Source: Lepidodermella squamata (Eukaryota; Animalia; Gastrotricha). From it: 64,000 nt of DNA. This document shows positions 21,101-33,200 of this stretch, piece after piece. A program made the position numbers and the translations under genes. Where the stretch lies: NCBI GenBank assembly GCA_047495785.1, contig JBLDXI010000021.1:682001-746000 (forward strand), in the 5' to 3' direction. Position 1 is the first letter of the stretch; each line of letters starts with the position of its first letter. The notes beneath the pieces were generated by a model that saw nothing but the letters and a program-made list of their open reading frames with translations, did no database searches and had not been told where the DNA came from.

Positions 21101-21493
21101 TGTCCCAGATTCTGAAGCCTAAGTGAAGTTTTTTTCATAATATCTTTATATTATTTTATTAAACTATTGTATTTTTTTTTTAAGGCAGCTTTTTTATATT
21201 ACCCAAGTCGTCTAGGAATTTTCGCCTCACGAATCCATAATTAACTGTGTTTTTTGTTTCATCATAGACTTTTTCCTGAAAACTTATTTGGACTCGCCGA
21301 AGAAAAAAACGGCCAATTCAGTTTTTTTCGACTATGAAAAGTCGACCGCATGAGACGAATTGAAGCAAAAAAGCCGTTAAAGTTGATGGATTATTATTCA
21401 AGGTTTACGGCTGAAGCGTGATGATCTCCACGTGTTGGTTAACCGAGCGCATGTGATATATCAAGCTCGTTAAGTAGAAGTAGTAGTAGTAGC

Positions 21494-24371
21494 ATGTTCG
21501 AGCAGCAAAATGAGTGCGAAGACGACGGTGCGCCTAATCATCACCCTTATCTGAGCTTGCCTCTTCAAAGCGGGACGAGCAGCAGCAGTAGCAACAACAA
21601 CGCCGTGGGTGACACCCCTGTACCGGGTTATTACCGATCGTCCTACCGGCGGGGTAACAGCTCGACTGGAAGCATGTCCGTCCTCATACCGCGTCGAATT
21701 CGTCGTTTAACTAATTACTACACGAATGAAGCGGTTTCGAACTGCTTTTGCTGTGGAACAAGACCCGGCCAGCCGTACTCGCCAGGCGGCGCGGGGCGCA
21801 GCCGATTTTTCATAATGTGTTTCGCCGTCTACGCAATAAATTTAATCCTATTCGCCGGCGCAATTTTTACCTACGCGAAATTTTCGCAAATCGCCAGCCA
21901 GTCGAGTTCAGCCGATGCTATGGCGATTTTCGCGACATTTCAGAACAGCAACAACAACCGGGTTATGCTTGCTGTCGGCGATAACCAGCAGATAGACGTG
22001 AAATACGAGAAGGATCCGGCAGCAGAGGAGGCGAAGGCGCGGGTTCGGATTCAGCCGTCGGCGACGAAGTGGAAAATCGACGACCATCGCGCGTTTATGG
22101 AGAGGAAACTGCCGCTCGGTAAGGTGCCGCATCGCTACAACCAAACCGGCTACGTCTTCCTAGGTAAAAGCGATTTCTTTAAATTTTCGAGCCGAGTCGC
22201 CACGTCGCTAGTTTACCGCCTGCCGTTGGAAGACCGAGTTCGGCGCATGTTTCCGGACGAATCTGGCGAGAATAAACTGCAGGCGCTCGCGCCGGCGTTG
22301 ACGTTTGTCAACGGCAAGGTGAAAGTCTTTCAACGGCTGTGGATGTCGCAGAACGAGAAGGCGCACTTGACGAATACGCCGACGATGAATACGCTGGTGG
22401 AGAATTACGTGTTGTACCGGACGTTTACGCCCGAGTACGAGCCCGTCGATGATCCGACCCTGCTGCCTATTCCAGTCACTACCAACTGTGTTAACATGTT
22501 CACGTATCGAACCGATGGACCGATGGATGCTAGGGCTTTTATCATAAATGGAACAACTTGTAAGTGCTCAGCTGATTTATTTATACAAAAATTCAAATGT
22601 CGAATTTCAAATAATTTCAAATTTACTTTGAGTTTTGGAAATACTCAAAGCTTATTGGGAAATTGTTGACAAAATGAAAATGTGAAATTTCGTCAGTTTT
22701 TGGGACATTAAAAGCCAGACCGATTCCATTTTTTTTAATTTACTTCAGGATTTTTTTTACTGGAAATTTAAGAATTAGGCACGGATTTCAAAGCACGAGC
22801 ATGGTTTAGGTACCTATTGAATAATTTCTTTTAGTCAAGATGAGTTTTTCACAGGTTTTACAAAGTGATAGGGGTGGGATCCTAGACACAAAATTCACGC
22901 ACAATCTGATGGAATTTTTGAATTATAGCTTTTCCGATTTTCAATCGAATTGAAGAAAATGTCTAACCAAATGCTTCATGCTATGAATTCGGTTGATTTA
23001 GGTTCAAATTAATTTTATTTCTAGAACGTTTAGCGATCTCTTTTATTAAGGTGGGCGATTTAGGAAAAACTTTTGAGGCGAGACAACAACCAAAAATCTA
23101 GCCAATTGCTCAAAAAGTTGAAACCGAAGCAGCTGGTTCCGGAATCGGAACGGTCCCAAGTTGGGTACTCTCAAAATTTAGCCCTAATTCATCCATGTAG
23201 AGAATTGGATAAACGTAATCGAATTTGCCCTCAAGAAAACAGTCAATTTGAACTTGTAGGTAATCTAAAATTTGGAACTCATTTCAATTGTCAATTTTCT
23301 TTAAGCTGGGTTTTTCTAACTTTTTCTCAACAAGCTTCGCTAAATTATTTCGAAAAATTCTTCAACATTTTTTTCATGTTTATAATTTCAATTTTTTTCA
23401 TAGACCTCTCGTTCCACATGTGGCACGTGGATGCTGAGTTCAAATTGCCGCGTAGTCGGCTGTTTCTCTGGAACGAAAAAACGCGGCAAATGTCGAAGCT
23501 TAAAATCGCCGATTACAAGATGATGTGGACTGAGATCAACTGGGTGCCACTCGTTATCAACGGCTCGCTCTACTTCACCTACTCATTCGACCCGTTACGC
23601 GTTATGCATTGCCCAGATTTGAACGCCTACCCAGTTATCTGGTGCAAAATGGTGTTCAAAGCGTCGCAATCATCACACCACGAATTCAACGAGTGGGTTG
23701 ACGCGTTTCGAGGCGGCGGACCCTGGCTACACTACCAGGGCCCTTACTTCATCTCATTCGCCCACACTCATTACCAATACATCAAAGAGTACATAACAAA
23801 TGAAACGTTCGTGGAAAGCGGGATTTACTCTGGAAATCTAGCGGTACTGAAGGTCGTTCCTTCCCCCGGAGGAAAAGAACCAAGTTTCCGCATTGTCTAC
23901 GTCAGTGAGCCGATGAGTTTCAATAGGAAGCTGCTCCTCTCGGGTGATATCACCCGTTCTCAGGTGATTTACTGGCCATTCGCGTTTCCGGTTGGCGCAA
24001 TCTTGTGGAACGGCGATGTTGCTGATATTGGCGTTCACAGTGAGTGATTAATTTCCATTAAATAATTTTTAAATTAAATTAAATGATATTAATTTTAAAT
24101 TTAAATTTTTGAAATTGAATTTTTAAATAATTTTAAATTTTTATTATTTTTAAATAAATTAGTTAACGATTCTCGGGGATACGTGATAAGAATGCATGGT
24201 CTGCTGGCTTTGATGCGGCGCGTTATGGAGGCTGACCAGCGAAGCGTGGAAAGTCTTGGCCTCGACGAGCATTCCGAGTCAGCGCAGCCCGAGTTCGGTC
24301 TCGTTCATAAATTGGCTCGCGAAAGTTTGACGCGAGTTCGCGACAACGAAGTCAGCGAAACATATCCCTGA
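21494..24371 (+). CDS. Type II membrane protein resembling GT91/BMT beta-1,2-mannosyltransferases (3 exons: 21494-22559, 23404-24039, 24163-24371)
   Basis: Single N-proximal TM segment. Ordered motifs DGPMDAR, EINWVP, YFTYSFDPLRVMHC, FRGGG, FISFAHTH, YSGNLAVL and NDSRGYVIRMHGL parallel the BMT motifs GPEDPR, EKNWxPF, FVYSFxPLxILKC, LRGGT, GFAxTH and YRPNL. Exon phases are consistent. Confidence 0.6.
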
Positions 24372-25006
24372 TCCATCCGCTGCTGCAACTACTGCAACAT
24401 CGCTCGGTGTGCCCTTTATCTCCATCGCTATTCAAAACCTTCAACGAAAAAATTCTTCCTCACTTGCCTTCATGAATGTTGTTTCATATATTTTGTGTGA
24501 AAAAAAATCGTCACGCTATATTATCACTGATGTTATAATTACGGCTGAAATTTCTGTGTGCAAATTGATGATAATAACTTTTCGCAACGATTTATATTTG
24601 TTTCTGACGAATTTGTGTAAAGGAAGTCTCTTGGATTTATATTTATTTGAATGCTGATTTGAATTTTCGGTAAAACGCACTTTTGTTGACATTTTTTTGC
24701 TGATAAAATTCGTCTACCTCCTTCTGTATAATTTATCCAAAAATTTCAATATCGATCTTGTATATGATATATATAATACACGACAAATAATACCGAACGA
24801 TCGGTGAATATGAAGTGATAAATCAGAGGAAAAAATAAAAATCAGCACGGCATATATAACAATGCAGATTACTGCGTTACTATCATTTGTTTTGAAATCC
24901 ATTTTATGATATAAAGCGTTGATGCGGAGCTGCTGATATCTTATCTTAGTCTCAGCGAACCAGGACAACAAAACTAAGCTAGTCATAGTAGCATTTTGCT
25001 GCAGCT

Positions 25007-26290
25007 ATGATTACCCGGAATTTAGCAACATTTCTGGTGGTTTTCAATTTAACATTGCTCCACGTTTACTCTACCGAACTTCACCTAGACGAAAATGACG
25101 AGAGGAACATCGAGGCTGCCCTTTATTCTGGCGGTCTACCGGCTATGATTGACCTGATTCTTCAGAAGGCAAAATATTGGCAAACCAGGCCCATAAATAT
25201 TGCAATAACTGGCAATTCCGGGGCTGGAAAATCAACCTTCATCAACTCGATTCGAGGATTAACAGCCGATGATGAGGGGGCCACTCAGCCTGACGTAGTC
25301 GAGTCGACGTTAATACCAAGGCCGTATAGTCACCCGAAAAATTCTATGATTACCCTTTGGGATCTTCCCGGCATCGGCACGTTGAAATTTAACAAGGAAA
25401 ATTACGTCGAAAAGGTCAACCTCAAGTTTTACGATTTTTTCCTAATTTTAAACACGGAACGTTTTCACGAGAACGACGCGTGGCTCGCGAAGCAGATCAA
25501 GTCGCAAAGTAAGCGGTTTTATTTTGTTCGAAATAAAGTTGGCATCGACGTAGCCGGGCATAAGCAGTCGCACCCTAAAACTCACGACGAGCAGGCGGTG
25601 CTTCACAAAATTCGAAACGACTGCGTCACGAAGCTCGAGTCGTTCGGCATTGAGTCGCCCGACGTGTTTCTCGTCGACAGCCTCAACATGGCTGCGTTTG
25701 AGTTTCAAAAACTCAAAAAATCACTCATTGAAGATTTTCCGGCTATCAGGAATGAAACAGTTCACCTGAGCATGACGACTTATAGCGAAGAACTTATTAG
25801 GCGAAAATCGGCTGAAATTCAACGGCGGATTGATTATTTGAGTTACTTATCCGGCGCGGTTGCTGCCTTCCCGTATCACGGTTTGAGCACCCTGGTCGAT
25901 TTAGGAATTACAGCGGAAGAAATTCATCATATTTTCAGCCAATTCAGTCTCGACGACGCGTCTATGCGATATTTAGCTGAAAAAACTGGTCATGACTTTG
26001 ATGCTTTGATCAATATTCGAAATGAAGCAATTCTAGCCCCGCTATCAGGCCATTTTTCCGCTGGAATTTGTTTAACAGCTATGAGAAAATCGGTGCTATA
26101 TTTTGCTGGAAGCGCAGCGGCTCAAATCGGCGAAGAATACATTCGATTTATCCCACCTGTAGGGATACCTATGGCGGTTGGGCTATCCTACAAGGCGACA
26201 AACCTATTGCTCAGCCATATTCTTGAAGATTCAGCTGATATCGCTGCGCTGCTACTAAAAACAAGCATTCAAACTGCTAAAATCAGCTGA
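25007..26290 (+). CDS. Immunity-related (IRG/IIGP-family) GTPase, intronless
   Basis: INIAITGNSGAGKSTFINSIRGL, YSHP, LWDLPGIGT, YDFFLI, RFHENDAWLA, FYFVRNK, and a C-terminal helical region with SGAVAAFP. Confidence 0.92.
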   Translation: MITRNLATFLVVFNLTLLHVYSTELHLDENDERNIEAALYSGGLPAMIDLILQKAKYWQTRPINIAITGNSGAGKSTFINSIRGLTADDEGATQPDVVESTLIPRPYSHPKNSMITLWDLPGIGTLKFNKENYVEKVNLKFYDFFLILNTERFHENDAWLAKQIKSQSKRFYFVRNKVGIDVAGHKQSHPKTHDEQAVLHKIRNDCVTKLESFGIESPDVFLVDSLNMAAFEFQKLKKSLIEDFPAIRNETVHLSMTTYSEELIRRKSAEIQRRIDYLSYLSGAVAAFPYHGLSTLVDLGITAEEIHHIFSQFSLDDASMRYLAEKTGHDFDALINIRNEAILAPLSGHFSAGICLTAMRKSVLYFAGSAAAQIGEEYIRFIPPVGIPMAVGLSYKATNLLLSHILEDSADIAALLLKTSIQTAKIS

Positions 26291-26374
26291 TTTAAAATGA
26301 TTCGACGAGAGTTATTATTTGTGATAATATGATGTTTCAGCAGTAAAATACTTGGCTATAGAAGGTTTATTTGT

Positions 26375-27136
26375 TTAATGCTTATCAGGGGAAGGACTGA
26401 ACGAGTGCTCGCCGATGCGTTGCAAAGAATTTCGATCCGAACATTTTCTCTCCGGCAATTTTCTGACAGGTTGACATCGAATACGACGTTCTTCATTTCG
26501 AAAATTGCCATCTCGCATCTTGACGTAGCCAGAAGTTTCGAGATCTTCGCTGCTCTTTTCAATAGATATGAGATCCATGCGGCAATTATCGCGACAAAAT
26601 TCGAAAAATGCGCTGTAACCGCCATCGAGGAGGTAAATCTCCGGGTAGTCAACCCGAGGATAATCCTTAAAATTTCGAGCTCGGTCGAGCTGGCGGAAAC
26701 GCTGTAGTAAATTCGGTGCTCGATGACTCGAGAATTCGCAGTGAAAGATTAAAATTGGACGGTTGTCATTTCCATCAGATTGCGTGAACAACATTTCCTC
26801 CAATTGATCAATCGATTTTACATTGATTGATCCTAAAATGTGGCCGCCTTCGAATTCGTAGCTGTACCGGCAGTCCAAAATAATGAATGGCGGCGATTGA
26901 GGGGCATCAATTAAATCGGCAATGGTTTTGGGGTTAATTCTTGCCATGCTGTCGTGAACTAGGCATGGCAAACTCAAAGCTAAGGACTATAAAAGAGCTA
27001 TTATTGACAAAAAATGATGACTAATTTGCTACACACTAAGTACCTTATCGTGCTCCTCCATTCTTCCAGCTGCATTAGTGCAGTTTGACACGTCCTCCTC
27101 ACCCGGATGCTCCTCACCTTTTTGCTTGGGAAACAT
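26375..27136 (-). CDS. CDC25: Cdc25 dual-specificity phosphatase, essentially catalytic domain only (exons 27136-27044 and 26986-26375)
   Basis: IILDCRYSYEFEGGHI, catalytic loop IFHCEFSSHRAP, and YPEIYLLDGGYSAFF. Confidence 0.92.
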
Positions 27137-27451
27137 TGTCAAATCGTTGGATATTGTTAGTCTAGTTTTCAATTTTTAATAAGGGGGAATTTTTCTGATT
27201 TTTCGCAAGGTATTAGATATCAAATAATGCTCTGGTTTTGGGATGATATAATACATTATATGCGGACTTGGTTCGCTTTTCTTAAATTAGAAAGTATTGG
27301 CGTATACCCCGGACAGGCGTATCACAGCTGTTGGATAACTGCGGCATAGAATTCCATTGCCAATTAATCGGAACTTGCCCTAATAAACGACATGGAATTG
27401 CCCCAATAAATGAAAAGCACTGCGACACTCCAGCCTTCGTTAAATTTGTGA

Positions 27452-27760
27452 ATGGATTCTCCATCTATCAAGCCTGATAACCTACTGGATGACAACGAAG
27501 CGCTAGCGACACCTCCACCTCAAAATTTTCCTGTCACACCATTGAATCCTCCAACTTTCAAGGAGCCTCGCGACTCGTCGGCTGAAAAGCACCATTATGT
27601 CGACCGTGAAACGCCGGTGTCAACTTCGTGCACTTCGCCGCAAGGCTGCCGCGGCAATATGGAGGGCTGTGTTAGCGACGGGATAGAATCCAAGTGTTGC
27701 AGTGCTCAAAAGCTAGCTCCCACGAAGCTGTTCGAAACAACTCATCATGAGAAGGACTGA
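27452..27760 (+). CDS. Small S/T-P-rich hypothetical protein (102 aa)
   Basis: ATG-initiated ORF, richer in GC than its flanks. No recognised domain. Confidence 0.4.
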   Translation: MDSPSIKPDNLLDDNEALATPPPQNFPVTPLNPPTFKEPRDSSAEKHHYVDRETPVSTSCTSPQGCRGNMEGCVSDGIESKCCSAQKLAPTKLFETTHHEKD

Positions 27761-27963
27761 TTATCATTTCAGCATAAACATTAAAAGCATAACCGCCGAC
27801 ATAATTCTTTGAAAAAGCGATTGTTATGATGGCAAATAAGTTTCTATTCATTGTCTGACTTCCTGCTGAAATGCTATAAATTCTATTTAATCGTTATTTT
27901 TATTCCATTCATAGCATCACAATTTATACTACATCATACTTCATTCTCGAGAAGATTGACCCG

Positions 27964-28254
27964 ATGGAATCTATGGCTGAAGGAGCTTATCAAGCGTTTG
28001 TGAACGACCTGCAGACGATGTCAACTCCAACGAAACTTACCAGCCCGCCGCCAATAAGCGCGAAAAATCTCCGTAAAAATGCGCTGCAAGAAAAATGGTT
28101 CAAAGCTGCCACAATAAAATTGCTGGAAAAATTCGGCCCTGGTACTCCTACGTCGCTCAAATCGGCCGGCTTAGCTAGGTCAAATCCATGTACCCCAGCT
28201 AAAAGAGTCCTGAAACTAGACCAACATCACATTTGTTACCACGAAATTCAGTGA
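27964..28254 (+). CDS. Small S/T-P-rich hypothetical protein (96 aa)
   Basis: ATG-initiated ORF followed by AATAAA at about 28287. No recognised domain. Confidence 0.45.
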   Translation: MESMAEGAYQAFVNDLQTMSTPTKLTSPPPISAKNLRKNALQEKWFKAATIKLLEKFGPGTPTSLKSAGLARSNPCTPAKRVLKLDQHHICYHEIQ

Positions 28255-28300
28255 GAACGAAGCTATTATAATTCAAACTTTGTTGCAATAAAATTCAACT

Positions 28301-28314
28301 GTCGCCATGGAAAC
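28301..28314. promoter_or_regulatory. Candidate RFX X-box (GTCGCCATGGAAAC)
   Basis: Matches the 14-bp consensus GTYNCCATRGNAAC. Confidence 0.5.
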
Positions 28315-29484
28315 GCGCTTGTTTGAAGCTACAATTTATTTTACAGGATTCTCTCCAGAGCGGATGTAACCCATCAACGTCCCTTGATTAAATGCTCCAA
28401 GTTTTGAAGTTTTAGACAGCTGAATGTAAATAATACTAGCACTGAACAAGGACAATTCTGAGCATATAAAATGTGTCTGAAAAGAGGTTCTAGTTGGTTC
28501 TGCTCTGTCCTTTTCCAGGTAACTCTTTGCCGTGTTTACACCAAGCGTGTCCATTCAGCGTTAACCGCGACGAAAAAACAAACAGCGTGCGTGCGTTTTT
28601 ATGTGTTAAAAAACGTTAAAGCCTCTTATCAAGAGCCAGATATCTCCAACGGGTGTTTTGCCACGCCGGCGCATCGGTAAAATATTCGTCTTTTTTTCTA
28701 CTCACGCCCGCAGCTCATTACTAGGAGGTGGCTATTGTTTTGTTATTTTGTTTCATTCTTTTGTCGCGCAAACAAGTTTTTTCAGCGAAATAATTAAAAA
28801 ACCCTAGCCGCAGGTATTTCAGCATATTTTTTTCGAAAAGCTCGAGCATTAGCTTGATTAGGTGAGCTGATGTATTTTCTTGAATTTGGATTATAGCTAT
28901 AATCCTAGCCCTATGCACCATGCACACCTTTTTATACATCAGCAAACTTGAGGTTCCCGATGAAAATCATATTTCAACTTCCGTATCATCACTAGGTACA
29001 TCACAAGGCATCTTCTCATATTTCCTAACTTTTCAGATATCCTAATAATGAAGCGTCAGTGCGTTTTTTCATGCATATAATAATTGAAAAGCTTTAGATA
29101 ATAAATTAGGCGCGATATTTTTCTTTGCACTGGAATACGACTAAAACGCGGCTGTTTCTAGTGCGTCTAGTGAAAAAGTACTAGCACAGACATAACAAAA
29201 TTTTAGAGCCTAAAAATACCTCTATGCCCGGCGTGCGTTTTTGACGATGAAACCACGTGACGCACCTAGTTCTTTTGTCACGCGGGAAAAATAATTTCAA
29301 CGGCCGGCATAAAAGGATGCTAGGTTCATTGTTGGCGATCATTTCATGCGTTCATCAGCGGGAATTTAACAAAAAATTATCCGATGCTCCCCGATCAATG
29401 ACCTTTAGTTATACTAATTCTTCATTCATCTGTTATTTTCCTAATTTAAACTAGAAAATCGTTTGATAACAAAAAATCGAAATC

Positions 29485-30081
29485 ATGGCTACCCTTAGCG
29501 CGGACGAAAAGGATCGAATCAAGACTACGTTGAAAGCGTTTGCGGAAAATGTACCCGACAACATGTGCAAATTTTACCAAAAGTAACGCTAAATACAATT
29601 ATTTGTTTCCTTATTCTATTTCCCCGTCATGTTTTTGTCAAAAGTTTGATGATCGACAACCCGAATTACCACCCGATGTTCTACCACCTGAAGCGCATTC
29701 CAGTTGATGAATTCCCGCAGTGCCAATGGATCCGAACCAACCAAGGCCCAGCCGTAGCCGGGTCAATCGTCGATCTTGTCGAAAAAATGGAGAATCTACC
29801 TGAGTTGCAAGCCAGTGTTCACAAACTTGTCTTCGACCCGATCCACACGAAGCACAAGCTTGGGCTTCAGGACTATCATGTATACTCCATGATTTATTTT
29901 TCCAGAATATTTTTTATTAATTATTTTAATTCAGAATGTGTTGAAAAATGCTTTGAAAACCATGCGCATGCAGCTGGGCGATAAAATGACCGATGACGAC
30001 GCGGCTGCCTGGGTTAACCTGGTTACTCAACTACTGCCATTGTTTGATCAGGAGCTTGCGAAACTGCCAAAGAAGGACTGA
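29485..30081 (+). CDS. Single-domain globin (exons 29485-29582, 29645-29879, 29935-30081)
   Basis: MATLSADEKDRIKTT...KFYQN...HPMFYHL...TNQGPAV...PIHTKH...DYH|NVL...AAAW. CD1 Phe and F8 His are present, and the introns fall at the canonical B12.2 and G7.0 positions. Confidence 0.9.
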
Positions 30082-30271
30082 GATGAAAAAATTTCCAAGA
30101 CTACGAAACATTACTGACACAAGTTTAACCTTTTTGTTTCACTGAATAATTTTACAATTTTTTTCGTGAGAACGTTTTCTTTCTTCTCGACTCAATGTGG
30201 TCTTATATCGTCTTTATTATCACTAATTTAACAAGTAAATTTCGACGTTACTGGTTTTTTTTGCGATTTTT

Positions 30272-33200
30272 TCACAGCAAAATGCCGCGATAGGTTAGTC
30301 TAAATCCCGCTAATGTATTAACTCCTGCCACAACTTGGCCAGATTTGAAGACGAATACTGCCGAATTAGACGAAATCGTCAATGGCGCCACATTTGCCTG
30401 AAAAAGCGAAGGAAATCAATCAATTTTAATTTAATTAAACAATATTTACCGAGCCGCAGAATGTTGATCGAAGTGAAGAGGACTGAGCCGAAAGGCCGGA
30501 ATAAATTGATAAATTATCGGTGGCGCAAGTACTGTTTGGCTGAAGCGAAAATCTCGGTAAAGAAATTTGAATCTGATACCGAATTGGCAGTACAACACGC
30601 CAGGTACACGTCAAACCAGCCGGGTAAATCAGCGGGTAATTCGGGCTAGTAAATGTACCATTTACATGGGTAAAATTTCCCCCGCAGCCAGCGATATTCG
30701 ACGCAGAATAAGTCACGTCGTAACCTCCGCCTTCCATGCTCGAATCGGTGTGGAAATGCAAGAAAGCAGCGTTGGTATTAAGGAAAATCGGGTTGGGGAG
30801 CGACGCGTTGTTGCAAAGTCTAGCGACAATCGGGCCGGAGATATCAGCCCCACTCCGAATTTGAAGATAGTCGAATTCACAGCTGGAATGACGTTCGATA
30901 TCCAGATAATTGAAGTATAGCGCCAACTTGGTACCAATGGGGCCGCGAATAACTGTTTGGCAATCGGTGTTTTTCGGGTACAGGCCGGGAAAACCAGGGC
31001 TGGTAACGCGGCCACTCGGAGTCGTGTAGGTTCGGTTGCAGCTAAGAGTTTGGAAAAACAGCCTGAAAACAGCATTCTGGGTCGGGTTAGTTGGCAACAG
31101 GCCGACGTAAGTAATCGAAGCTACATCGCTTGTTGATTCGTAATAAACCGGCAACGGGACTGAATTCCCGCAGTAATGCAATGGCTGGTCGAATCCTGAT
31201 CGAGGCTCGTGATCTTTGAATTCTAGGTAGCTCGACCGACATTGCTGGGAGGCTGGAATGCTCAAACGGGCCAGGGTGATATTGATTCGGTCATTCGCGG
31301 TAGCACCCTGAATGATCCAACGACACCGGACTAGATTTTGAGGCGTTTCTGAGACGGGTGGCACCCAGGATAATTGAGCTGGGACAGAGGAAGCGTTGAA
31401 TCGGCCACCACACAAGGCTGTAAAAGTAGCAAAATATCTTTTTAATTAAAAAAAAATAATTGAAATTATTATAATAATAATTTTTATTTAATTTTGAAAT
31501 TTTGAAATTTTGAATTTAAATTTTAGTTCAATTTTAAAAATTACGTGTGGTCGAAGTGTATCGAATCGTGAATCCGCGGAAATTCGAATCGGCATTAGAT
31601 TTGAAAACTACAGCCATATTCGCTCCTGTTGAAGTGAATGTCTTTTGAGCTAAAGAATTCCCGCAATATCGGACTGAAGAATTAGCTGCTTGTCTGGTAT
31701 AGAGCCCATCGATTATTTGGACGTAGTCGCCCAGGGCACAGTTGCTACCAGGCTGCAGTTCGAAGGATTCGAAGGTAATTGAAATGATTTTATTAGAGTT
31801 CGCCGGCTGGAGACGTAGCATCCAGATACAGTCGAGATTCGGCTCATAACGACCATCACCATTGGCGTCCAACGAAGTGATGGTACCGCCTATACCACTC
31901 TCCGAAACATTCACGAATCCACCACAAGCTAAACAATTAAAAATTAAAAAAATAAAATTAGCAAAATTCGTGAAAAATCTACCGTATGTTTGTTTGTATG
32001 AAGCGCGGAATCCAATACCCGAGTCGGATAAATCAGATCTGAATCTCGCGAAAAGAACCGGCCCGGAACTGCTGATGGGCGGTGGGGCTTGATTGCCGCA
32101 ATACTGGCCAAGCAACCGACTTGGAACAGCATCGTTCGGTCCATCGTAAAATTCGACATAATCAAACAAGCAACGAGGATGGGCTTCGATACCGAAGGCC
32201 AAAAAGTTGACAGTGATAATACGGCCGGGTGGTGCTCTAATAGTCCAAGAACAGTCGGCGCCGTGAGGATACTCCTGGGGTGACGCAGGGGTGCCAAAAA
32301 CACCCGTGGGCGCCGTTAAATTTCCACCGCATTCAGTTACCCGATATCGTATCTGGAATCCTGTCCCATTTACCGCTTCATCGGTGACAAAGCGAACAAT
32401 TGCTGTGTTACTCATAACGGAAAATGGTTGAGGCTTATTTGAGCCGCAATATGGGCCGAAAGCTTGGTTGGGCATCGAAAGATTGCCGCCGCGAATCAGA
32501 ACAGAGTCCGATCGACAACCCGGGCTGAATTCGATATCCAAAGATAGAAATTCGAAGACGATGAACCGACCGGATCGTTGACGAGCGGCTGAAGTTGGCG
32601 CTACGAGATACTCGCAGCGTAGGTTATTTCCGTAGTTACCAGGATAGTTCGGGCTGGAAATAACCCCGGTGTCTTGAACAAAAGTGATCCCGCATTCAAC
32701 TGTCCAGGTAATTGCAAAGCCAGCAGCTGGAATTGACCCGGAGAAAATAATGGCAACGGCATTTTCCTCCGAGTTAAACGGCCCTGGGGCTGAGACTGAA
32801 CCACACGAAGCTGATAGAATTGTGTTTTGATTCGGAAGAACGGCAGGGTTTCGAATAGCAACTGGGATTAGTTGATCAGCGGCGGCTGATGTTGGAAATT
32901 CGACGGCTTTCACGTAATTATCAGGGCAAGTTGTGTCAGTTTGAGGTACATCGAAAAGAGGAGCGAAGGCAAAGTGGTAGTGGTACCCAACTGGAACTGA
33001 TAAAATCCACTATAAAATTAATAAAAAATATTAAAAAATATAATTAAATTCAAATTTTTTATACCGTGCAAGAGGATTCGTTCGGATATCTTTGCGGGTA
33101 ATTCGGGCTAGAGACATTCCCAACAAAGGAATGAATCACCCCTCCGCATGTCCCGACCGGAGCTTGAGCCGATAACCGGAACCTGCCTCGAATTGTCGCG

